This document shows positions 53,421-64,000 of a DNA stretch of 64,000 bases, one piece after another; position 1 is the stretch's first letter, and every line of letters begins with the position of its first letter. The notes beneath the pieces were generated by a model. The model was not told the DNA's origin. It saw only the letters and a program-made list of their open reading frames with translations, and ran no database searches. Both the position numbers and the translations under genes were made by a program. Source of the DNA: Octopus sinensis (lineage: Eukaryota); contig NC_043011.1 in assembly GCF_006345805.1 (NCBI RefSeq), forward strand, positions 55,874,464-55,938,463. Direction: 5' to 3'.

Positions 53421-54300
53421 ATTCCATGCCGGTGGCACATAAAAAGCACCATCCGAATCATGGCCGATGCCAGTGCCGCCTCGACTGGCTTCCGTGCCGG
53501 TGGCACGTAAAATGCACCAATCCGACCGTGGCCGTTGCCAGCCTCGCCTGGCACCTGTGCAGGTGGCACGTAAAAAGCACCCACTACACTCACGGAGTGG
53601 TTGGCGTTAGGAAGGGCATCCAGCTGTAGAAACATTGCCAGATCAGACTGGAGCCTGGTGCAGCCTTCTGGCTTCCCAGATCCCCGGTCGAACCGTCCAA
53701 CCCATGCTAGCATGGAGAACGGACGTTAAACAATGATGATGATGATGATATGTGTTTTTGTATCCTTTATGGAGGTATTAAAACCATCATAAAAATATCC
53801 TCAGTATCTGTTCACTTATTGCTCAGAGAATCTAAGGAAATTAAATAGGGACCAATGAACATTTTACTTGAAAAGTTTAGTTATGCTTAGAGACAAGCAA
53901 AAAACAAAAAAAACATCATGTGGAACTGAAGGGATTCTTGCTGAGGAGTCACAAGTTGAAGATTAAATACATCATCATCATCATCGTTTAACGTCCGCTT
54001 TCCATGCTAGCATGGGTTGGACGGTTTGACCGGGGTCTGGGAAGCCAGGAGGCTGCACCAGGCTCCAGTCTGATCTTGCGAGTTTCTACAGCAGGCTCCA
54101 GTCTGATCTTGCGAGTTCCTAACGCCAACCACTCCGTGAGTGTAGTGGGTGCTTTTTACGTGCCACCAGCACAGGTGCCAGGCGAGGCTGGCAATGGCCA
54201 CGATCGGTTGGTGCTTTTTACGTGCCACCAGCATGGAGGCCAGTCAAGGTGGCGCTGTCAACGGCCATGTTCAGATGGTTCTTTTACGTGCCACTGGCAA
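53421..54300. mobile_element. Tail-to-tail inverted family C pair (53421-53749 plus, 53970-54300 minus)
   Basis: Two opposite-orientation copies about 220 bp apart. Confidence 0.88.
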
Positions 54301-54621
54301 TGCCTTTCATTTTGGACAATTCAACTAATACAAAAGAAGGAAACAGCTCTTCCAAAACGTGGCAAATCTGATCGTGGTAATTACTAAACTCTTGTGCTCT
54401 TAGTACAGAATAAAATCTTGGCTTGAATGTCTTTGAACAAAATTCTTGATGGAATGGTTTTGAATGCCATAGCTGAAACTCAATCTGTTTTTTTTTAGTT
54501 GGGCAAAACTTTGATGTGAATATAAGTAAACTGCATGTACACCATGTGTTGTTTCAGCTCTGATCAGTAATAACTGACCAGTTTTTTTAAGGCACTGACT
54601 GCTCTGGACTACATTGTCCAA

Positions 54622-55003
54622 TCATCATCATCATCATTTAGCGTCCGTTTTCCATGCTAGCATGGGTTGGACGGTTCAACTGGGGTCTGTGAAGCCAGAA
54701 GGCTGCATCAGGCCCAGTCTGATCTGGCAGTGTTTCTACAGCTGGATGCCCTTCCTAACGCCAACCACTCCACGAGTGTAGTGGGTGCTTTTTACGTGCC
54801 ACCCGCACAGGTGCCAGATGGTGCTGGCAAACGGCCACAAACGGATGGTGCTTTTACGTGCCACCGGCACGGGGGCCAAGCGAGGCTGGCAATGGACATG
54901 AACAGATGGTGCTTTTACGTGCCACCAGCACGGAGGCAGTCAGGGCGGGGCTGGCAACGGCCACGAACGGATGGTGCTTTTATGTGCCACCGGCACGGGG
55001 GCC
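54622..55003 (-). mobile_element. Family C retroposon with three 5' module repeats
   Basis: Repeated gatggtgctttt(t)acgtgccacc modules. Confidence 0.88.
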
Positions 55004-55790
55004 AATGTATCCTAGAACAGATTTGGCTGCTATTTCTAGCATGTCAAGAGATTATAGGCTTTTGTTGGTTTCATAAAAGATGGTGGCAACATAATCACTT
55101 CATCTAGAAACACGTCTGTCATTAAGTTATTAAATATTCAGTTGTTGCATGTACAAGGGAATTGAACAGAATACGATTGCTTGCAAAATTAATCTCATAT
55201 TCCCTTTGTGAAAAACTGTCAATTTAAATTCAATTAGCTCTCCACCATCTGATGAGCTTGCTGGAAACAGTATTGCTTACATCCTATCAATTTAGCATTC
55301 CAGGTAGAAAGACAACCATTTTCTTTCATACCAAATCGTGGATATATATTCAAATAGGCCAAGAAGCTTGCCTTTTGCCCTAATTTGCTTTTATAGAAAG
55401 TTATTCATACTTTTACTGTGAAATGTTACCAAGCATGTCAGTATGCTGCTATCCAACTCTGCTCCAGTTGATATAAACAATATTAGGTTACACACACACA
55501 CACACACACACACATTATTAGTGTATTGTACAAGTGCATGAGTACATACACGCCAATCCCCACAGACCAGCCGTTCAATTGTACATTAAACGATCAGTTC
55601 AATTTCACGTACTTGTGTGAAGGAAAAAGTTGTACAGGCCTTTCTCAATATTTTGAAACAGGGTGAATCTATTCAAATAAAAATACACATTGCCCAATTG
55701 CCACTTGGTTTGATTTTAGTAATATCTTTGTATAACAATATTTACATGTCTCACCAAAGCAGGGATATTTACCTAATTTGCAATTTATTT

Positions 55791-55827
<37 letters not shown>

Positions 55828-56721
55828 CTCTGTCCTTCACATATCTACACAGTCCTGCCCCCAGCCATTCTAATTCCTTTCACCATTACTTGCTTGTCAC
55901 CTCTATCTCCTCTCTAAACGTTTCCCTTCACACTCTTATGGATACATCCCCTTCTATCCCCTCTCTCCCACTTATATCCACCCTCTTTGTACCTTGTGGG
56001 TATGTCCCAATGCATCTCCTACACCATCTATCTCTTTCTCTCACTGTCTCTCTTCCACTCCTTTCTTTTCCTCTCGGGGACAGCCAAGTATTTTCTTTAT
56101 AGTAAGACACCTATCTCTATTATACTTCATCTCTCAATTGGTAAAAAGCCCCTTTCTCAGTACCTCTCCCTCTCCCAACCAAGTTACTTGGTGACCCTGC
56201 TAGTTAGTGCTGGTGCTACATAAGAAGCAGTAGTGATGGTGCCACGTAAAAAGCACCCAGTACACCCTGTGTAAAGTGATTGACATTAGGAAGGGCATCC
56301 AACCATAGAGACCACACCAAAGCAGACAGTGGAATTTGGGGCAACTCTCTGGCCTACCAGCTGCTGTCAGACCATCCAGGCCATGCCAGCATGGAAGACA
56401 GATGTTAAATGATGATGATGATCACACACACACACAGCATTACAGTTTATGTAACCCATATTTGGAGTGCTAGAGAGTACTGTCACTCAAACAAACAAAG
56501 TATGGAAGTGAAATGAGCTTTGTACACACTCCTCCTCCATTTGTAAGTCGATTGATACTCACTTGAATGGGGAAAAGGCTATACCAGAATGGACAAAGAG
56601 TTTTTGAAACTGAAATTTCATCATTTACAACTTAGAATGCGACCTTCAATTAAATGAATCTTTTTATAACAGATTGCTATAAGTTTTCTTGAGCTTTGCA
56701 AAATTTGCTTTTTTTAAGACA

Positions 56722-57133
56722 TAGGCGCAGGAGTGGCTGTGTGGTAAGTAGCTTGCTAACCAACCACATGGTTCCGGGTTCAGTCCCACTGCGTGGCATC
56801 TTGGGCAAGTGTCTTCTGCTATAGCCCCGGGCCGACCAATGCCTTGTGAGTGGATTTGGTAGACGGAAACTGAAAGAAGCCTGTCGTATATATATATATA
56901 TGTGTGTGTGTGTGTTTGTGTGTCTGTGTTTGTTCCCCAGCATTGCTTGACAACCAATGCTGGTGTGTTTACGTCCCCGTCACTTAGCGGTTCGGCAAAA
57001 AGAGACCGATAGAATAAGTACTGGGCTTACAAAAGAATAAGTCCCGGGGTCGATTTGCTCGATTAAAGGCGGTGCTCCAGCATGGCCGCAGTCAAATGAC
57101 TGAAACAAGTAAAAGAGTAAAAGAGTAAAGAGT
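56722..57133 (+). mobile_element. SINE family A, full length
   Basis: A-box tggctgtgtgg, B-box ggttcagtccc, internal (TA)/(TG) tract and (AAAGAGT)n tail. Confidence 0.9.
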
Positions 57134-59119
57134 AATATCTGGTCATGGCTTCAATGCTTTAAGAGGCAGCATAGCTTATCCTATAGAACAGTGCGTTTGC
57201 TAATCTAAAGCCGTTCTTTATATCACTCTTGTATTTTGAATACAGTGATTGTAAACTTTGCCATAGAAAAATTGTTATGACAACCTCAATCCCCATTCAT
57301 ACAAATATTGCTTTGAACCATAACTAAGAACTTTTCATTCTTCCTTGTATTACAGTGAATGGATGGAATCACTGTTTATACTGTGACATCAAACAATTGG
57401 TAAGAACCTTTTCAAGCACATTTGCCTACTCTGAATCATTTGTACTTTTTTTTTATTGAGAGATTTTATTAAACAGCCACGACTTCAATATATTTTCATA
57501 GCAAATCACTTCATCAAGCTCGTTATAGCCGATTCAATATATTTTATCAATACATTTAAAACTATATAAACTTATAAATAATCTTTATATTATTGCCATT
57601 AATTGACTGCAATAACTATCAATATCTGCAATCAGTTTTATCAAATTGCTACCATTCACATCACTGATGTCTCAGACACGACAATACTTCTAAAGAACCA
57701 AACATACTTCATTGGTTGCCAATTAGTTACAATTATACATGCTATAGCATTAGTCGTCAATCACCCAAATATTAAAAGTAAAACAATTATGGTCATCTAA
57801 GGTCAACTTTTATCTTAAAATAATAGCAAGTTGTCAATTTAAAAAAATATATTTAGTTGTTTAGGATGGGATTTGCTATAGCTCATGGTTTACTTAACCT
57901 GCCAAATTCTGCTTTATATCAAACAAGACAATTCTTTTCAATGAAAACCAAAAAATGTTTTACATAATACATGGTTTGCAACTCACACCTAACATCATCA
58001 TCATCATCGTTTAACGTCCATTTTCCGTGCTAGCATGGGTTGGACGGTTTGACCAGGGTCTGGGAAGCCAGGGGGCTGCACCAGGCTCCAGTCTGATCTG
58101 GCAGTGTTTCTACAGCTGGATGCCCTTCCTAACGCCAACCACTCCGTGAGTGTAGTGGGTGCTTTTTACATGCAACCGGCATATACACATAGAGAGAGAG
58201 AGGGGAAGGAAGGAAGGAAAGAAAAGACTAAGGCACCTAGTGACTGACAAACAATATTGAAACAAAAAAAAAAAAAAAAGCAAATGAGAATAATTTTACA
58301 CTCATTCTTGCAAGGGTGAAATGATTTATTTGGTGGAGAAATCATTTCTATACTAAAATGGCCTTCCTGTTGTGAATGAGTAAATGATTTTTTTTTATTT
58401 TTTGAAGCTCTTCTTTTTTTTCTCAAATGTGGTAAACTGGAACCAGCAGAGTTGGAGGCTGGACTTGAGAACAGCATAATCACAATTACAAGATTTGAAC
58501 TCCAAACTGTTTAGATCAGTCATCCAATACTTTACTCTCGTAACTATTATGTCTCATGGGGTTAATAATCTAGAAAATTTTAAGTGAGATTTTGCAAACA
58601 ACCAGTTACTAATTAACATTCTATTACTGCGGCTCATTATGTTTTTTGTCACTTTCCCCACCTCTTTTATTAATTGACAATATGACAGAAATATTTTTCA
58701 AAATATTTCTACATTTTATAATTACAAAGAAATAACATTTTACTAATGATCAATTAAAAGTGTGGATGGTAGCAAATGGTAAGCTAAGTCTGATTTCCTT
58801 CAAATATATAAACCATAGAACAAACACATTTCAAGTAGAAAATTACACCAGTTCAGATATCATTAAGACCAATAATGATCATAATCCTCGTTATTGCCTC
58901 TTAATTCCTGTTCAATAACAATATTAACACTTCCTTTCCATACACTTAGTAGAATCATCTTTGACAACTCTTTAGACCAACATCCAACTCTGCATACAAT
59001 AAAAAGACCTATGGAATTGGTACAAAGTAGAATAATATTTCCACTACATAGTTTCAAATTGAAATTTCATCAAAGACTTTCTCGATATAAGTAGCAGTAG
59101 ACCACTTCAGGTTTTACCA

Positions 59120-59490
59120 TATACAAAATTTGCCCAGCATTTTACAGGCTCTTTCCACTTCTATAACTTGGCACCACTTTGTCCAAGATTCATTTAAGGC
59201 GGCGAGCTGGCAGAAACGTTAGCACACTGAGTGAAATGCATAGCTGTATTTTGTCTGCCGTTATGTTCTGAGTTCAAATTCTGCCGAGGTCAACTTTACC
59301 TTTCATCCTTTTGGGCTCGATAAATTAAGTACCAGTTACGCACTGGGGTCGATATAATCGACTTAATCCGTTTTTCTGTCCTTGTTTGTCCCTTGTGGGC
59401 AATGAAGAAATAAGATTCATTCTCCACATACATTACATGTCCATACAAACGCAACTCTTCTTTCTTGCACAATATCAAGTGAAGTCAAAA
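59120..59490 (-). mobile_element. RTE-X-like fragment split by a family B SINE
   Basis: ELRLYGHVMYVENESWTKWCQVIEV reads across the SINE once the 10-bp TSD is removed. Confidence 0.55.
59196..59412 (+). mobile_element. SINE family B
   Basis: TSD aagattcatt. Confidence 0.88.
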
Positions 59491-59611
59491 GTTTCTATGA
59501 ATTTCCAAAGATGATTTTTGGCAACTTGTACCTCCATGTTATATCGTTAGTTTGATACTAGTTATTGTTTCGTCTTTATTTTCATACGGAACATATAAAC
59601 ATCGTTTATTC

Positions 59612-59914
59612 TATATTTTACAGTATAACAATGCTCCAGAACACACTGCCAAGTGCAAACTTGAGGGTCTAGAAGTGCTTTCTCACCTTACGTACAGTCC
59701 ACACCTTACAGCATCAAATGACCACTGTTTCCAAGCCATGGTTCATTTCCTAAACAGATGGAGGTTCAACAATGTGGATGAGGTTGAAAATGGGTGTAGG
59801 GAGTTTGTTTTTTTTTAGCCTCTAAACCAGGGTTGGAGGTTTAAACATGGAATTGAGCTTCTAGCGCAATGATGGAAACAGACAATAGAATATGATGGCG
59901 TATATTTTGAAGAA
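59612..59914 (+). mobile_element. Mariner-type transposase C-terminal remnant
   Basis: LQYNNAPEHTA...LEVLSH..YSPHL..S..H.FQAMVHFL..RFNNVDEVENGCREF...GIELLAQ*W..TIEYDGVYFEE. Confidence 0.8.
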
Positions 59915-60384
59915 TATATATATAGCTATATATTCCATTGCTAATTAGGGCACTAATATAACAGTAACTACCAATCACTTCTAGGGAGCCCTCTAAGCAT
60001 TTGAAAGAATTTTATAGGTGCTCTTACTACTAACTACATCTACTTCATATAAAACCCTCATCACTTCTTTTACATCTTTTGTGCATACATTGTTTATACT
60101 GGAGACACAGAATGACATCATCATCATTTAATATCCACTTTCCATGCTGGTGTGGGTTGGACAGTTCCACACACCTATATGCACAAAATACCTGTACAAA
60201 TTATAGTCATATAAACATGCACAAAAGCTCATGATGAATAAAAATAGTGCAAAACATCTGAAAACCAATTTGTAGGCTTCATATTTGTTTGGTGATAAAA
60301 ACCTCGGGATTACAGTAAAACAAATCCTTATAGAGATTTGAGGTAAATACATGAGCCAGGTATTTCCAATATCAGCATCAATAA

Positions 60385-60722
60385 CCATTTGATTTGACTT
60401 GACTTGAGACAGCATTCACCTGGGGTGGGTTGAGCTGGCTTCATCCATCCTCAATGCTGCATCTCTCACAAATGCCGACCAGGCCTGGCAATTTGAGGCT
60501 AACGACCGCGTGATCTCCAACCACTCCTTATTCCAGCGGCGAACACCGTAGATATGGGGGCCTAGGTTGGGTTCCAGATCAGCCTTGACTGTCATCAGCC
60601 AGGTTTTTCGTTGTCCACCACATCGCTTTCGCCAACCCTGAAGGGGAGCTGAGGCAATTGCTTTGTAGATGAATTCTCCTGGTTGACGACGGAGGGCATG
60701 ACCCAGCCAATGCAGCCAAGCT
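60385..60722 (-). mobile_element. RTE-clade LINE 3' fragment
   Basis: LHWLGHALRRQPGEFI...GWRKR..QRKTWLMTVKADLEPNLGP..YGVRRWNKEWLE...AW; tail (CAAGT/CAAAT)n. Confidence 0.8.
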
Positions 60723-60769
60723 ATCTATAAAATTCTAGTTCTTATGGATTTTTTTCAAATATTTCTTGA

Positions 60770-61705
60770 TAGCTGTGTGGTAAGAAGTTTGCTTCTTAAT
60801 CACATGGTTCCAAGTTCAGTCTCACAGAGTGACACCTTAGACAAGTGCCTCAGGTCAACCAAAGCCTTGTGAGTGGATTTGGTAGACAGAAACTGAAAGT
60901 AACCTGTCGTGTGAGCGTGTGTGTGTGTGTGTTTGTCCTACTCCACTACCAGTTGACAACAGGTGTTGGCATGTTCACATCCTTGTAACTTAGCAAAAAG
61001 GACCAATAGGATAAGCACCAGGATTAAGAAAATGTACAGGGGTTGATTCATTCGACTACAATTCTCCAAAGCAGTGCCCCAGCATGGCCACAGTCGAATG
61101 ACTGAAATGAGTAAAAGATAACACTAAAGAGATATAAAAATATTTTGAAAAAAGTTCCTATTTCAATATCTCAAATTAAATTAAAGCTTCTTAATTAAGA
61201 AGCTTTAATTATAGTTGACTGTTTATAAGATTGAGCAACGAATTCTAGAAAACACATTACAATATGCCTCCAGAAAACACATTACAATATCAACACATCT
61301 CTATTCCAAGTTCATATAGGTATTGATAAAATGGCTATCTGTAGGTGCAGCTGTGTGCTTAGAAGTTAGCTTTCCAACCACATAGTTCTGGGTTCAGTCC
61401 CACTGCATGGCACCTTGGGCAAGAGTTTTCTACAATAGTCCCAGGCTGACCAAAGCCTTGTGAGTGAATTTGGTAGACAGAAACTGAAAAACGTCTGTCA
61501 TGTAATATATCTGTGTGTCCCCACTACCACTTGACAAGCAATATTGGTTTATTCGTGTCCCCCATAACTTAGCGGTTCGGCAAAAAGGAGATTGATAAAA
61601 TAAGTAGCAACTTTAGAAAATAAGTCCTGGAGTCAATTTGTCTGGCTAAAATTGTTCATGGCAGTGTCTCAGCATGGCTGCAGTCCAGAAACTAAAACAA
61701 GTGAC
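60770..61705 (+). mobile_element. Two tandem diverged family A SINEs (60770-61120 and 61340-61705)
   Basis: Both show the A head and the cagcatgg..cagtc..actgaaa tail. Confidence 0.75.
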
Positions 61706-62364
61706 AATGCAGTTTGGTTACACACCTTTCCTACAAAGATTGTTCTCAGGTAAGAAACCAACAATTTTACATATTAAGATATGAACTCACAACAAGGATG
61801 GATAATGCAAAAAAGCCAGATATTTGATAAACCTATCCCGAGATCATTTTTTTTCTTTATTTTTAGATGATATCCAAAAGCAACAGGTAATCGTTTATTT
61901 CCAATTAGCAACACAAATGCAGATGGGAAACAATATCGATTAGAAAAGTAAAGAATACATGGAGGATCTTCCACAAATTGCAAAAATAAAAGAAAGAAGC
62001 GGAAAACAAAATAGCAAAATAAAAATTTGGGAAAATACAAAACCTAAAAACCACAATTATTCTCAGGTTAACCTACATGAATCAAATAAACAAAATAGAT
62101 AAGGATGTGGAGGAGGAGGATTCAAGCATTGAACAAACACAATTACCTCCCAAATTTGCAGCGGAGACACAGATCTTTGGAGAATATTCTCATTTAAACA
62201 AACACACACACACACAATGAAGGTGGCAAGAAGACTATATTTTGGAAAAATATATAAACATTATCAAACTTGTTACGTCTGATTATGTTTTTGCCAAAAT
62301 GTACATCAAAATGTCTTATTTTACTTTCAAGAAAAAAAAATTGGTGTATACACATAAACACACA

Positions 62365-62383
62365 CATGTATGTATATATATGC

Positions 62384-62430
<47 letters not shown>

Positions 62431-62763
62431 GTATGTATATATATGCATATATATATATATATGCATGTATATATATGCATATATATATATATATGCATGT
62501 ATATATATGCATATATATATATGTATGTATATATATGCATGTATATATATGTATGTATATATATGCATGTATATATATGCATGTATATATATGCATATAT
62601 ATATGTATGTATATATATGCATATATATATATGTATGTATATATATGCATATATATATATGTATGTATATATATGCATGTATATATATGTATGTATATAT
62701 ATGCATATATATATGTATGGATATATATACATATACAAATATATATACACACACATTAATATG

Positions 62764-62802
<39 letters not shown>
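62365..62802. repeat. TA-derived minisatellite with TGCA/TGTA interruptions
   Basis: About 440 bp of (at)n-gcat(gt) and (at)n-gtatgt units. Confidence 0.97.
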
Positions 62803-62808
<6 letters not shown>

Positions 62809-62925
62809 GGGTATCTAAAAGATACCACCATGCTAGATATAGCAGTCAAAGCTTGACTCTAAAACCACATGAATATTTGATGTGGTTTTAAAAACCTCAT
62901 AGGTAATATATATATATATATATAT

Positions 62926-63119
62926 GTGACCTCGTGAAGACGACCTGCAATTTTTTTTCCTCTGTCCTCCCGTCTCGGGATCTTTCTCTTATGTTTCCGA
63001 CGAAGAGCTCCGCTCGAAACGTCATACCCTCCTCCTTCCATTTTCCTGAGCGCCTAATAATAATAATACTGTAATTGTTCCACGTGTTGTTGGTTTTTCT
63101 GTTTTCCCGTTTGGATTAA

Positions 63120-63121
<2 letters not shown>
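62926..63121 (+). mobile_element. Penelope-like terminal fragment between (TA)n tracts with a variant hammerhead motif (62993-63027)
   Basis: GTTT-CCGACGA-A-GAGC-tcc-GCTC-GAAAC-GTC/ATAC followed by a pyrimidine-rich tail, with TA runs on both sides. Confidence 0.55.
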
Positions 63122-63156
<35 letters not shown>

Positions 63157-63291
63157 CCTATGAGGTTTTTATTCCCATGCTAGCCACTTGATATGATCGG
63201 TATTTTAAATAACGATCTTATCCTTATATATATATACATATATATTATATATACACATATATATTATATATACACATACATATGTGTATGT

Positions 63292-63728
63292 CTGGCACCT
63301 GTGCCGGTGGCATGTAAAAAGCACCCACTACACTCATGGATTGGTTGGCGTTAGGAAGGGCATCCAGCCATAGAAACATTGCCAGATCAGACTGGGCCTG
63401 GTGCAGCCTCCTGGCTTCCCAGACCCCAGTTGAACCATCCAACCCATGCCAGCATGGAAAGCGAACGCTAAACGATGATGATGATGATATATACACATAT
63501 ATAAATATATATCATCATCATCATTTAGCGTCCGTTTTCCATGCTAGCATGAGTTGGACGGTTTAACTGAGGTCTGTGAAGCCGGAAGGCTTCATCAGGT
63601 CCAGTCAGATTTGGCAGTGTTTCTACGGCTGGATGCCCTTCCTAACGCCAACCACTCCGTGAGTGTAGTGGGTGCTTTTTACGTGCCACCTGCACAGGTG
63701 CCAGACAGAGCTGGCAAAGAGCTGGCAA
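63292..63728. mobile_element. Tail-to-tail inverted family C pair (63292-63487 plus, 63511-63728 minus)
   Basis: The copies are separated by only about 23 nt of AT-rich spacer. Confidence 0.88.
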
Positions 63729-64000
63729 ATATATACACACATATATACGTATATATATATATACATACATATGTACGTGTATATAAATATATATATATAC
63801 ACACATATATATGTATACATACACACACATATAGATAGATATGTGTGTGTATTAGAGAGAGATTGAAGGAGAGAGAGGAGCGAGAGAGAAGTGGTTAGAA
63901 TTAATATTTGAAGAATGACGACAATAAAAGCCGGCAGCTCGATCCTCATAAATATTTTCACACTGCATTAAACAAATAAACTAGAAACGAGCCAACCATT

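Noticed and set aside
54780-55003. CRISPR-like repeat/spacer appearance of family C modules
   Set aside because: Eukaryotic context, no cas genes, and the linkers are homologous to each other and recur in dispersed copies.
55245-55280. CTGATGAGCTTGCTGGAAAC as a hammerhead
   Set aside because: Helix II does not close next to GAAA and there is no valid helix III or cleavage triplet.
56722-56800. tRNA genes
   Set aside because: The A/B boxes belong to SINE heads; I saw no complete cloverleaf.
62194-62818. Long YI/MH-repeat ORFs (to 186 aa); likewise 42894-43287 and 63623-63961
   Set aside because: They are translations of stop-free TA/TG microsatellites.

Overview
AT-rich, microsatellite- and retroposon-dense animal genomic DNA. 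The repeat families look like those of Octopus (inference). One protein-coding gene is well supported: a prune/PRUNE1-like DHH-family exopolyphosphatase on the minus strand. Four coding exons (32516-32551, 18636-18740, 17624-17901, 6415-6530) splice in frame through GT-AG introns into about 178 N-terminal residues; the remaining exons lie left of the window and the 5' UTR exon(s) lie right of 32735. The rest is intronic or intergenic: three abundant short retroposon families (here A, B, C), RTE, CR1 and Tx1-like LINE fragments, Tc1/mariner remnants (DD37D and mariner), TTAA piggyBac-type MITEs and many (TA)n/(CA)n tracts. The most unusual signal is a set of minimal type I hammerhead ribozyme (HHR) motifs typical of Penelope-like elements (PLEs). 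These include a near-perfect 400-bp foldback carrying one HHR in each polarity (39148-39549), an HHR sense to the prune intron (23501-23540) and a second smaller foldback with a half core (10377-10482). All of this was read by eye: boundaries of decayed repeats are approximate and no database search was run.
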